NCBI GenBank assembly: GCA_951406725.2
Contig: OX597814.1
Coordinates: forward strand, 223,758,001 to 223,822,000
Direction of reading: 5' to 3'
Length of the DNA stretch: 64,000 bases
Source: Octopus vulgaris
Taxonomy: Eukaryota
Under the pieces are notes generated by a model that saw only the letters and a program-made list of their open reading frames with translations, did not search any database and was not told the DNA's origin. Position 1 is the stretch's first letter, and every line of letters starts with the position of its first letter. Of the stretch, positions 12,378-25,463 are shown piece by piece. The translations under genes were made by a program, and so were the position numbers.

Positions 12378-12410
<33 letters not shown>

Positions 12411-12413
<3 letters not shown>

Positions 12414-12572
12414 ACAGGCTTCCCACATTTTCTAACCGCATTCATTCACGAGGCATTATTCGGCGCCGGTCTGTAATCAAACACACTAGTCCAAGATGCC
12501 GAGCACTGGGACTGTATCTGAAACCACTTGGTAACAAAGCGAGCTTCTTAACCATACGGCCATGCCTGCGGG
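12411..12572 (-). mobile_element. SINE family A, degenerate 5' half
   Basis: Diverged match to 37668-37826. Confidence 0.65.
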
Positions 12573-13374
12573 TGCCACACAGCTGTGTGTAGTTTTGTAA
12601 ATTATCTGTAAATTTTTCTGTTGAAGCATTGCTATCTTAACCAAGTGAGATTTGTTTGTCGTTACATACTTCCACTAATGTAACCTTCACAAAGCATCGA
12701 ATTCATGATTTCTCTTTTTCTGCGAAGTTATCGTTATCATGTTAAAGCAGCTAGAGACATGAAGATATATATTTCTAAATAGATAATAACATAATAACAT
12801 TCGTATTGTTGGCGTCAGTGAAGTACAAATTACCGGAAAGTTTCATTTGTTGCCTGTTATCTATCAAAAAGCATTATCTAATTTTCGTTTATTTTTTAAA
12901 TTTTTATGCAGAGGTACATGATAATTTTAAGAAACTTATTTCCGGAGAAAATTAAACAAAATTTGGCAATCTCATTTGTATGAAGAACTCTCAATGCTAC
13001 TAACATATATCAATAACTCTGGGTACCTTCCTGATAAATGGGGAAAAAGTGGAAAGTACTGAGATAAGCTTTATGGAGTTATTGAAAACAGAAAACTTTT
13101 TTTTTTAATGGTGACAGGTAATAAAGAACTGAGTTAAAAAATTGAGAAAAAGGAGCGATTAAGATAAGGCAAGTAAAGAGAAGGAATAGATATGTTCTTA
13201 GTTCAATTGTTACAAAGTGGGCAGATGTTAACCTATGTTTGCCGACAAATATGTTTGACACACGTTGTTGATATTGTTTATTGTTGACATTAGTTGGTGG
13301 CCGTAGATGTCAGAATTGATAGCGTGATGGAATAAGTTCCCCGTGGAGTGAGCAGCATATTGGAGATGGTCGTA

Positions 13375-13634
13375 AAAAACAATAAATGCGCCCTTTTAAA
13401 GCCTAGCCAGGCTCATGGGCCCGGTTTCACGGTTTCTATGGCGTATGTGTTCCCCAGCTGGACGGGAGGCCAGTCCATCGCTGCGTTACTCATTTTTGCC
13501 TGTTGAGTGGACTGGAGCAACGTGAAATGAAGTGCTTTGCTCTAGAACACAACGCGTCTCCCGGGCCAGGAATCGAAACCACAATCTTACGATCATGGTT
13601 CTGACACCCTAACCACTAAGCCACGCGCCTCCAC
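13375..13634 (-). mobile_element. Full-length tRNA-derived SINE (family B) with 13-bp target-site duplication
   Basis: Nearly identical to 49872-50133; flanks GGAGATGGTCGTA / GGAGATGGTAGTA. Confidence 0.92.
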
Positions 13635-14604
13635 GGAGATGGTAGTATTGATATGAATTCAGTTAGTCAAGCCTCTACGTGGCCCTGTTTTTAGTCGCAG
13701 CCTTTTAAGTTCTGAATCGTGCTTGGATTAAGTTTGCTTTACCTTCTTTGAAGGTCATTAAAATAAGAAGTGAAATGGTGGGCTGATGCAATCTCATAAC
13801 CCCAATTGTTGATGATTATTGATGCTTTAAATACTACATTGTCGTGGAAGAAAGCGGCAAAACTGAAAGCTTGAACAAGCACAGATCATCATTTACGTTT
13901 AAATATTTATGTAAGGTAAATATCTAGCTGTTGTTACGCACACAAACACACACACGAACGCGCACTCACACACACACACACACACACAAGCGCACAAGCA
14001 CGCACAAACGCACACAGACGCATCAGCCATTAACCAGGTGCCTTCACTGAGTCCAGGGATAATCTTTACCAAGATTCTTTAATCTTGGTAAAGAAAATGC
14101 TGTAAAATACATATACCGTAGATACACATACATAGATACTTATATTCACAAATGCACACATACAAAAACACACCTTTGCATATATACGTAGAGAAAAAGT
14201 AGAATGAAAGTACAAGATATGCACAACACATACAAGGGCATACACGTACACACACGCAATAATATGCACACAACCTGCACACAAAGTAAAAGAGAGAAAA
14301 GGCTTAAGATACAAACACGGATTTAGGCGCACACGCACACACTCGCCCAGAGGCACGCGCAAACATTCATACACACGCACGCACACACACACACACACTC
14401 ACACACACACACACTGATGAACACACGCAATCGTGGTCAATATGTCAAAGCTGCTGAACGTTTCAGAAGGAGCAATTTTTACCTCCTGTTATATGGCATT
14501 AAGACGCTATCTCTTTACATACTGAAAAAAGCAATTGATACGATAATTTATTGAATTATAGGAAATACTTTTTTATGTCATTGTTTATTTCTCGGCATCT
14601 TGTC

Positions 14605-14799
14605 TTTATCTTTTACTTGTTTCAGGCTTTGGATTGTGGTCATTCTGAGGCACGGCTTTGAAAGGTTTAGCCGAAGAAATCGAACTTAGTATATACTTTT
14701 TTTGAAAAATCTATCCATCTCTTTTTTCCAACCGCTAAATTACGAGGACATAAACCAAAGCCGTTGTCAAGCGGTAGCGGAGAACAAGCAGAAATGCAA

Positions 14800-14871
<72 letters not shown>

Positions 14872-15235
14872 AGAGTTTACGAAAAAACAAAAGACCAAGA
14901 CAGGTGGTGTAGAAAACAAACAGATGTATTAGTATAACACTCAGGAATAGAAAAAGTCTTTTGCGTTGCGAGCCTACGCTCTTCTACAGAAAGGGACACA
15001 GAAAAAACAAGGGGAGAAACAAGGAGAGTGGCTAACGATCTATCATGGCGACTGATACACACACACACACAAATATGTATATATACGATGGGTTTCTACA
15101 AAGTTTCCACTCACAAGGTATAGATCAGCAAGCGATTAGAATAGAATGTACATGCCCACGGTAACACTTGCCCAAGTAAGACTGAATCCGAAACCACGGG
15201 GTTGCAAAACGATCTTCTTAAACACACAACCAGTA
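14605..15235 (-). mobile_element. Old SINE family A copy split by an H3 element in its internal microsatellite
   Basis: 3' half 14605-14810, 5' half 15085-15235, insert 14868-15055. Confidence 0.7.
14868..15055 (-). mobile_element. Short element family H3 with decayed hammerhead motif (14958-14993)
   Basis: Revcomp CTTT CTGTAGA A GAGC GTAG GCTC GCAA CG CA AAAG; homologous to 54540-54720. Confidence 0.75.
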
Positions 15236-15639
15236 CCAGATCTATAGTAATTTCTTGAACAAAAAAAAACCGTAACTCTTATGATGCGGTCACAGCAATA
15301 AACATTAATGTAGCCAATATTTTTTCCCTTTTGTTTCTTTTTCTTTTGCCAATTTAAAAGATCTATACGAGAAATACTTATAACAACAGCTCGATTCAAT
15401 AACAGCTTTTCCGTTGATATGTGGACGGCATTTGACCAAAGGAAGTTTTCATACACAATAGGTGAACATGGTAAAACCGTTTTCCTTGCGATAAACATTA
15501 AATCAATGGCGCCTCTCTTTCTATGCACAGAGTTCTACAAATACTTTCATAGAGATGAAAATGTAAGAAAAATTATTGTAAGCAAGGATAGAAAGGAACG
15601 TGGGCTATTATACTAGTTTCTTAAAAGTATTTAAAATAT

Positions 15640-16010
15640 AGGTACACAAGCGCAGGTTTAGTTGTATAGTAGGAAGCTTGCTTCCCAGCCATATGGTTAC
15701 GGGTTCAGTCCCAATGCGTAGCACCTTGGGTAAGTTTCTTTCGTTATAGCTCCAGGCTAACCAAAGCCTTGTAAAGGAATTTGTTTGATGAAAACTGAAA
15801 GAATCCCTTCGTATACATATGTGTGCGCGTGTTTGACTCCCCATCACCGCTTGAAAACCGGGGTTGGTTTGATTGTTTACGTCCTATAACTTAGCGGTTC
15901 AGCAAAAAGGGAAATTAGTCCTGGAGTCGATCTGTTCGACTAAACCCTTCAAGGCGATGCTCCAGCATGGCCGAAATCCAATGACTAAAACAAGTAGAAG
16001 ATAAAAGATC
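15640..16010 (+). mobile_element. SINE family A, degenerate
   Basis: GGTTCAGTCCC B-box-like, GCACCTTGGGTAAG core, GCTCCAGCATGGCC tail. Confidence 0.8.
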
Positions 16011-16147
16011 CCGCAATACATTTGCAACACCAGGACTATTATCAACATTCTGGATATCTGACTGATCTATAAAAGAAATCTGCTTGATCATATTAAGAAC
16101 CGCAATATTCTGGTCCCTACAAGAAACTTTCACAGGAATAGAAACAT

Positions 16148-16710
16148 AGGCACAAGAGTGGCTGTGCAGTAAGTAGCTTGCTTATCAATCACATGGTCTC
16201 AGATTCAGTCCCACTGCGTGGTACCTTGGGCAAGTGTCTTCTACTGTAGCAACGGGCCGACCAAAGCCTTGTGAGTGGATTTGGTAGACGGAAACTCAAA
16301 GGAGCCCGTCGTATGTATATATACTCACATTTTTGCCGATGCTTGTATGAGCCGGTGTACCCACGCCATGCAGAATGCCAAATGGCGTTTGTACATTCAT
16401 ATTTGCTAGCGATTATTTTTAATACTTTACTCGCTGGTTTGCGTGTTCGTTTCTCCTTTTGCCATCTGTGATTTTAGTTTTGATCTTCTATATAAATGAA
16501 GATATTACCCTCCGTTGTTTGTCCACCAACATTTGACAACCGGCAAGTTAACGGTTCAGCAAAATAGACCGATAGAATAAGTACTAGGATTAAAAGAGAA
16601 AGTACAGGAGTCGAGTCATTCGACTAAAATTTCTTCAAGGCAGTGCCCCAGCATGGCCGCAATCTGATGACTGAAACAAATAAGAGATAAAAGATAAAAG
16701 AAAGATAAAG
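16148..16710 (+). mobile_element. SINE family A with ~190 bp of unrelated sequence in the middle
   Basis: Head 16148-16320, tail 16520-16710 ending in (AAAAGAT)n. Confidence 0.8.
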
Positions 16711-16880
16711 ATGTCTGTACACACACACACACGCACACACACACAGAACACACATAAGAAGAAATACTTGCTTATTTCTAAAGTAACAAATAGAAGATCA
16801 AAGCAGGGCAGCTTATATGATCTATACTTATATATGTGTGTATACATACATATGCGCATGCATGTATGTGCGTGTAGTGT

Positions 16881-16916
16881 GTATTATTATTACTATTATT
16901 ATTATCTTTATTATTA

Positions 16917-16983
<67 letters not shown>

Positions 16984-17172
16984 CATTATTATCATTATTA
17001 TTATTATTATTATTATTTATTATTAATAACATTATTATTATTATTATTATTTATTATTATTATTTATTATTATTATTATTTATTATTATTATTATTTATT
17101 ATTATCATTATTATTATTATTATTATCATTATTATCATTATTATTATTATTATTATTATTTATTATTAATAA

Positions 17173-17214
<42 letters not shown>

Positions 17215-17392
17215 CATTATTATTATTATTATTATCATTATTATCATTATTATTATTATTATTATTTATTATTAATAACATTATTATTATTATTATTATT
17301 TATTATTATTATTATTATTTATTATTATTTATTATTATTATTATTATTTATTATTATCATTATTATTATCATTATTATTATTATCATTATTA
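16881..17392. repeat. (ATT)n microsatellite with internal higher-order duplication
   Basis: ATTAATAACATT variant recurs three times. Confidence 0.97.
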
Positions 17393-17905
17393 TATACACA
17401 CATAGATATTGAACCCAAGAAACAGAATAAGCTTCCAGTTTTTGTACACGTGCTATATTTCCTTTCATGTACGTAGCGCCAGTTTGTGTATACTATGCAA
17501 TTGTGGTTTTTCTCTGTTCATAGCCGTTTGCGTAGTTACTGTATAAAAGTTCGCACAGTATCAACATCTGCAGGTTTCCTAACGAAAGTGCTGTTTCCCC
17601 GTAAGGTGTATAACTTGTTTATAAACGAGCGTTTGATGGCTTTTACGCCCACTCATATTCCATCCCACCTGCCACTAGAAACCTCTCACATGTTCGCTTG
17701 GAAGATTGGTATATAAAAGAGAAGAATAGACTCATTATTATTATTATTATTGTGCTTTCATTGCATATGTTGTTGATATCGCTGCTGCTGCTACTGCTAT
17801 ATATATATATACTGTTAATATTCTCTTTATTATCGTTATTACTACTGCTGCTGTTCCGAGGATTGTTGCTGCTAATTGGAACCGCAATTTGGTATTTATA
17901 TTGAA

Positions 17906-18301
17906 CTAGCAGTATCGCCCGGCGTTGCTCGGGTTTGTAAGGGAAATAACTATATAAGCATTTTTAGAGATGTAAAGTATAATAGCCATCTTAATAAGGC
18001 TAACCACAAAGGGGGTGGTGTTACTGTAGCTTTTTACGTTCTGAGATTTAATAATACATTTTTAGAGAGTTACTTCCCTTATATATGCCAAAAATGCATT
18101 AAAAATGGGAAAAATTGATGGTAATTTTTTTTTAAATCGTAGACTCATCGTAGACGCGCGCTAATACCCAGAAGGGCTCGATATGAATCACGACTATAAG
18201 ATACCCGGTTTTGGTTAAACTGCACCGCAAAATGTGGGAGTAGTTAGGAATCTAAATTGTAGGAGACAGACAGCACACAACCTCACTTTTATATATAAAG
18301 A
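17906..18301 (-). mobile_element. Non-autonomous Helitron
   Basis: Revcomp begins TCTTTATATATAAAA and ends CCCGAGCAACGCCGGG-CGATACTG-CTAG; homologous to 35492-36840. Confidence 0.85.
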
Positions 18302-18914
18302 TTTGATTTTAGACGCTTCCATAAGTCATCTTATCTTTTCGTTGTCAATGCACTGATACTCTAGCCAATTGTACAGTAGAACTGAATGAAACGTGTTCCA
18401 TAGCTGCAATAAAAAACTTTCGAATAGTAGGTTAATACTTCTGTGTTTAAGTCGAATCAAGGGTTATTTCGTTTTCCATTCATTGGCGTCTTATTAACAT
18501 GTGTAACTATTCGCATTAAGTTTTGTTCCGTGTTTACAGTTATTTTATTTGTCTTTGCAATAAATCTCTCTATCAAATATGTATCGAATGAAAATGGTTA
18601 ACATATATGTTTGGTATGCGTGAGGATGTATATACATGTGTGCGCTTATAGAGTGTGTATGTATGCGTGCGTTTGTGTGTGTATATGTGTGTGAGAGGGT
18701 TACCGAAAGCGCGTTCTAGATTGTAAAACGTTTGGGAATCGATTTTTCATCTGATTCCGGATTTTAAAAATCAACAGCTTTGTATCGACCACTTTTGTAA
18801 CCTTGTCCAATAATCGGATGTTTTATATTTAAATGAATAGTTAACTCTACTGCATTCAAATATATTGAGCCCTTCTTTGTTTGAATATCCCCTTTAATTC
18901 CCCCTTGAGATAAC

Positions 18915-20200
18915 CTAATATATAAATCCCGTTCTGTTTGTCTGTTTGTGCGCTTATTACTCGAGTATTGTTCATCCGATCGCGCTGAAATTTTAAACAT
19001 GGATACATGAGAGAGCGGACACGTTCCGTAATCCAAAAAGATTTTCACAATTGTCAGTTGCAAAGTGAGAATCACTATTTTTGTAATTTTTTGTCCTATT
19101 TCTTCCGCCATGCTGTTCATTAAAAGCAACGAGTTGCTCAGACAACCGGCACGTACCATTTCGCTGGCAACAAGGGGAGTACAGGATGACAATCAGACAA
19201 AACCGTCGCTATGCTGTCTCTCTTCTTTCCTCTCTCTGTCTCTTTCTCTGTCCCCCTCTCTCTATGCGTAGGGGGCTCAATACGATTATCTAACTTAAAG
19301 CAACAGTCGACAAACGCAAAAAGCCGAAGAACTGTTAATCTAATATATAAATATCGTCATGTATGTCTCTTTGTGTGCTTATTACTCGAGTATTGTTCAT
19401 CCGATCGCGCTTAAATTTTGACCATGGATACATGAGAGAGCGGAGCGTCCCGTAATCGAAAGAGATTTTCAAAATTGTCAGTTTCAAAGTGAGAATCGCT
19501 ATTATTGTAATCTTTTTGTCCTATTTCTTCTGCCATTCTGTTCATTAAAAACAACGAGTTTCTCAGACAGCCGGCGCATACCATTTCGCTGGGAGTACAG
19601 GATGACAGTAAGCCAAAACCATCGCTATGCTATCTCTCTTCTTTCCTCTCTCTGACCCCCCTCTCTCTCTCTCTACGTAGAGGGCTCAATACGATTATCT
19701 AACTTATAAGCAACAGCCGCCAAATGCAAAAAGTCAAAGAACTGTTAATACATATATATATATACATAAGACAGTAGGATGTTTTCAGAGAGATTTGGCT
19801 GCTATTTCTACAGGTCTAGCTACCATGTAGAGGTCTCTCTCATTGACTCATACATATATAGATACATAAGACAGTAAGGTGTGAATATGAGGGAGATTTG
19901 GCAGTTATTTCTATCAGGTCTGGCTACCATATAGACGTCCCCCTCATTGGCTCATCTAATATATAAATCCCGTTTTGTCTGTCTGTTTTTTGTGCGCTTA
20001 TAACTCGAGTATTGTTCAAACGATCGCGCTGAAATTTTAAACATTGATATGTTTCCGTAATTTAAAATTATTTTCAAAATTGTCAGTTTCTAAGGTAATC
20101 CTTATGGTCTGTCCATTGGATGATTAAAACTTCAATGACACCGTCCAAGTTAATCCTCTTCCCCTATACAAACCGTCCAATGGACGGGGGGCGTTTGCTA
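18915..20200 (+). mobile_element. Tandem ~420-bp Helitron-like non-autonomous units (starts 18915, 19339, 19956)
   Basis: Repeated (T)CTAATATATAAAT...CTCGAGTATTGTTCATCCGATCGCGCT; the last unit ends with the hairpin CCGTCCAATGGACGG. Confidence 0.7.
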
Positions 20201-20225
20201 ATCCTATATATATATATATATATAT

Positions 20226-20480
20226 ACTCTTTACTCTTTTACTCTTTTACATGTTTCAGTCATTTGACTGTGGCCATACCAGAACACCGCCTTTAGTCGA
20301 ACAAATCGATCCCAGGACTTATTCTTTATAAGTACTTATTCTATCGGTCTCTTTTTCCGAAACGCTAAGTTACGGGGACATAAACACACCAGCATCGGTT
20401 GTCAAGCGATGTTAGGGGGACAAACACAGACACACAAACACACACAACATACATACATGTACATATATACGACGGGCTTC
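20226..20480 (-). mobile_element. SINE family A, 3' part
   Basis: TTTCAGTCATTTGACTGTGGCCAT...; matches 37420-37680. Confidence 0.88.
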
Positions 20481-21627
20481 GTGAGAGAGAGAGAAAGAGA
20501 GAGGGCCATTAACTGTTTATTCGGCGGATAAAACAATCTCTTATATGTGAGTTTCCATTCTATCCAGAAATAATAAAATCTTATGTAGGTTAACTAATAA
20601 CTGAATGTTTGCTGCTTCGATTCTTAAGAAGTTTTACGTTATTCCTATTGTACTTTGTTATTACTTTTCTTCTGATGTTTGCAAAAGCCGTGAAACTATC
20701 TTCTTAAGCTTTCTTGAAATCTGATCTCCAGGCAGTTGAATCACCACCTGAAATCGGTTCAGAGAGTACATTTCGTAGTCCACCACTAATTAACAAGTGG
20801 GGTACTGTGTTCAAAGCACGATTAATCCTCACCTCCTTCTGTAGATTTGCTTCTGGATAAATACAACTGATGCAATATCAGCAAGTTAAATCACGTTATA
20901 AGCGGTTCTCAGTCTTCTCTGCTGTAAGATGTGTAAATACACTTCCATGTGCTGCACAGAAAGTAGAAATCCCACAAGATATTATTAAAGCGTGTGTGTT
21001 AATGCCTGTGTATATGTATGTGTATGTGTGAATATGTAATGCATGTGTATATATATATATAAAACCACAAGAATATATTTACGTGTGTGGATGTTTATGC
21101 ATGTATGTGTGTGTATGAGTATGTGTACAGCAAATCTACTTCAGAAGCAACCAGACAGTTTTAAATTAGTTTCCATTAGAAACAGACCACGACAAAGTTT
21201 AAACGACATTTACAGTGTCACGTGGTGATACTGTTATTTATGAAGCAACGCGGGTGCTAAAAGCAGCGACAAGTTTTAAGAAGACGACAACTTATTATTC
21301 GAAAACATCTTAGAATTTAATGTTCAACTTTTACAAAGTATATTAACTTAGATAGATATCTTATTGGTTAAAATATTCTTGTTTCATTCCTTTATCTTAA
21401 TGCGAGTTGATACTTTGAAGTCGATAACTATGCATTGCTTTATTACATATCATTTGCATAATTGGTTTAAATATATGCATCTTAATTTTCATATCTTCGA
21501 CGAGACATTAATAAAAGTGTAATAATCTTTACTCGCATAGAAACCGATATTAATTTCAAAGATGCTAGAGATATATTTTGTTTATTTCATTTTATGATAT
21601 ACATACATAAACACATATTTGTGAGTA

Positions 21628-21696
<69 letters not shown>

Positions 21697-21759
21697 CTGT
21701 GTGTGTACATGTATATATATGTATAGATATATGTATATACATATACATATATATATATT

Positions 21760-21824
<65 letters not shown>

Positions 21825-22036
21825 CTGTGTGTGTACATGTATATATATGTATAGATATATGTATATACATATACATATATATATATTCACACACACACAT
21901 ATATATATACATATATATATATATATACATATATATGTATGTATATGTATATACATATATATATTATATATATATATATATATATGTATATACATATATA
22001 TATATCTATTATATATATATATATATAGATATAAAT

Positions 22037-22070
<34 letters not shown>

Positions 22071-22212
22071 GAGGCAAAAATACAGGAGAATCAGTATATT
22101 CCACGTGGCAAAATTATGAAGTGAAAATATGTGGAAAACATATAAGTAAGGGGGGAATCCCTTCGTTTCACATAGTTTTAATATCTTTGTAATATATATA
22201 TATATATATATA

Positions 22213-23032
22213 TATACTTTATGGACGGTAAAAGTCTCATAGAATGTAGTGATATCCAACCAGTTTTCGCTATTTAATTTACCTTTCAAGGGCCATTGTG
22301 AAGTAATAATTCCTTGAGACAAGGAATCATAAATTTTGGATTTCTTGAAAAATAAAAATGAATAGAGTGGATAAAGGGAGGCAACAGGTGGAAAGGGGGA
22401 CAATTACCTCCTCAGCAATATTGAATAGTGGTAAATATATTTGATTTTCAAATAGCAATTTTCGTATTAATACAATTAGCATAAAGTGTTAGATCTAGAA
22501 TTCATATTTTAATAAGTTAAGTATGACATGAGAGGTAATTTCTACAGGAAATGTGAAAAAAATAATAATAATTGCAATTTTGAATAAACATGAGATAGAA
22601 AATTGAAATTGGAATGTACAAAAAGTCTCTTTTATATACTAGAAGTATGTTTATCTGTACATTTGTGTGTAATTTAAAATACTAGTTCCACATTTTTTCA
22701 ATATTGAATTATTATAGACAAAGGAAAAATCCTTGGTCAATATAATATAATATAAATTAATAAAAGGCAAAGAAATATGTATTTACATTAGCCAATAAAA
22801 TGAGTGAAAGTGTTACAATTCAGGTTCACATTTTGAGTTTTTATTTTTTTTCTATTTTTAAGGAATGCGTAGGGACCAGATGGTCAAGTTTATATATTAA
22901 GGTGTGGTCCGTACTTTTGTATAAACAGATTTTATTACTTCACGATGTCCCTTGAAAAGCTAATTTAAAAAGCGAAAACCAGTTGGATATCAATACGTTT
23001 TATGAGACTTTTACCGTCCATAAAATATATAC
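22213..23032. mobile_element. Element with ~100-bp inverted arms, each carrying a hammerhead-shaped motif
   Basis: 22213-22310 is the reverse complement of 22930-23032; motif at 22944-22991. Confidence 0.7.
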
Positions 23033-23109
23033 TTTTTTTATAAAAAGATATTAAAACTATGTGAAATGAAGGCATATTTCTCCCCCTTTTTTATGCTTTA
23101 CACATATTT

Positions 23110-23148
<39 letters not shown>

Positions 23149-23180
23149 TTTATTTAAAGCAGCAGAAAATTCAACAAAAT

Positions 23181-23218
23181 CTGTTACTCTTAGTTTCTCG
23201 TTGCCGTTCATCGGACAG
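23181..23218 (-). ncRNA. Minimal hammerhead ribozyme motif (inverted partner)
   Basis: Revcomp CTGT CCGATGA A CG GCAA CG A GAAA CTA A GAG TA ACAG. Confidence 0.65.
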
Positions 23219-23224
23219 TTTTTG

Positions 23225-23262
23225 CTGTCCGATGAACGGCAACGGGAAACTCAGAGTAACAG
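23225..23262 (+). ncRNA. Minimal hammerhead ribozyme motif
   Basis: CTGT CCGATGA A CG GCAA CG G GAAA CTC A GAG TA ACAG. Confidence 0.75.
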
Positions 23263-23364
23263 ATTTTGTTGAATTTTCTGCTGCTTTAAATAAAGCATAT
23301 TACTCTACCACTGGTATTTGAGTACTCTTTTTTCCACCTTGTTTCACATATATGTGTTTACTCC

Positions 23365-23397
<33 letters not shown>

Positions 23398-23564
23398 TTC
23401 GTTTTTGGACCTGGTTTTCAAGATTCTTTATGTGAGTTTGTGTGTTAAAGCATATATTGTTGTGCCTGTGGAGGGTCATTCTCTTTTAGTGCCTTATTAT
23501 TTAACACACTTGCAAGTAAAGTTTCCACTCATTTATTTATTTTTCCTAAAACCTTTTCAATAGG

Positions 23565-23801
23565 TTGACTCTGTCCGTTATCCGAGCTGCGTTCTTTTTG
23601 TTTGTGCGCATGTGTGTGAGTCAGTGTATGTGCGCATACACATGTATGTATGTATGCATGTATGCGTGTATGTATGTATGCATGCAAGTGTGTTTATGCA
23701 TGTAACTGGATGTGTGCGAGTATGTATATATGTACGTGTGTACGTTTGTATGTATGTATTCTGCATAATCATGTGTTTCTGTGTTTTTATATGTGTGTTT
23801 G

Positions 23802-23843
<42 letters not shown>

Positions 23844-25384
23844 TACCTCTGTCCCTTGTGTGTGCATGTCTGAGTGTGCCTATGTATGGGTTTTTGTGAC
23901 TATATAATGTGTCTGTATGCATGGATGCGTGTCTTCTGAAACTCATAGCTTCGAAATATGTTGTTCACAAGAACTCAGCTTCGTCACTCAACGTGAAAAT
24001 TAACATAATTGATAGCAGACTTAGGATACTGAGAAACGTGTTCCCACTATGCAAACCCTATGAAACGAAGAAAAATGTACAGAACTTCATGCAATTCTCT
24101 GAATATAATCAGAAAGAAAGGGTTCGAGTATACAGAAGTTAGATACCATTATATGTAATGAGACCAATGGTACCTGCCATAGATATAGAAGTAAAGACTG
24201 GAATAGAATGCAAAGAGCTTGTGACAAAGCAAACAGGGTAGTATAAAAGTAGTATAAAACCGACAAATATCACTGGCCCGTAGATTTAGGAAAGCTCTGA
24301 ATGAGACCAAACTCAACATTAAGATTATTGAAAAGCCAGGGAACTCCAACAGATCACAATGTAGGACGCACCCCTTTGAGAACACCATATGCACCAATGA
24401 TAACTGTATGGTATGTAGGATTAATCCTGGCATTAACTGTAGAACTAGAAATGTAGTCTACAGCGTAAGTGCATAGAAGATGCTTGTAAAGACATGAACA
24501 TGACATACGAGGAGAGACATCTAGGAGCATTGTGGAAAGACTAAATGAACATTTGAGACAATATGAGAACAAAAAAACAGTCTTCCATACTCTACCAACG
24601 TGCCAAGGACCAACATGGGGGCAACCTGGGTCAACTTGACATCCGCATTTTATCCATGTACGCAAAGGACCCAAATCTCACACAAATACAGGAGTACGCC
24701 CTCATAAATGAAACCTCCCCAGTACTAAATAGGAGATATACGTAGTAGGTAATCATACCCCTATACCCTCAGTTATATTGATATACAGGTAGAATAGTTA
24801 ATGGGCTGTAATGTAGATGTATGTATATGTGTGTATAGTATATGTATATGCACATGTATGTAGGCAAATGGATATGAATGTATATAGACAGACATACAAA
24901 CGGATAGGTACATAGGTGATATGAACAGACAAGCACACGTACACATATACATGTGCAAATTAAGACTGAAACATATGACCATATACATACACACTTCACT
25001 TGACACAAAGACACATATGGAGACACACATCCATGCATAGAGACACAGTACAAAAGCCCATACACGGACACACTCAGACATGCACACACAAGGAGACGGG
25101 GGTAGGCACGCACGTAAAAACACACAAACAGGAACACACAAACACATAAATATGCAGAATACATACACACTTACATGCACGCATGCACACATACATACAC
25201 ACACACGCAAACATACATACATACATACATACATACACACATACACACACACACATACATACATACATACATACATACATACATACATACATGTATATGC
25301 GCACATACATTGACCCACACACATGCGCAGAAGCAAACAAAAAGAAAGCAGCTCGGATAACGGACAGAGTCAACGACCAGACAT

Positions 25385-25385
<1 letters not shown>
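23565..25385 (+). mobile_element. Decayed Penelope-like element with GIY-YIG remnant between inverted microsatellite-rich repeats
   Basis: 24430-24720 translates across frameshifts as NCRTRNVVY...GETSRSIVERLNEHLRQY...SSILYQRAKDQHGG; 23565-23930 is the reverse complement of ~25020-25375. Confidence 0.75.
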
Positions 25386-25437
<52 letters not shown>

Positions 25438-25463
25438 AACACACATACATATGTATTCACATA

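Larger units (their letters stand above)
23148..23366. mobile_element. Fold-back element family H1 with two divergent hammerhead motifs
   Basis: Arms 23148-23218 and 23225-23295, tail to 23366, (TA)n on both sides; second copy at 50633-50860. Confidence 0.88.

Noticed and set aside
20731-20860. Short open frame after an AG, a possible exon
   Set aside because: Only ~43 codons, weak acceptor context and no recognisable homology.
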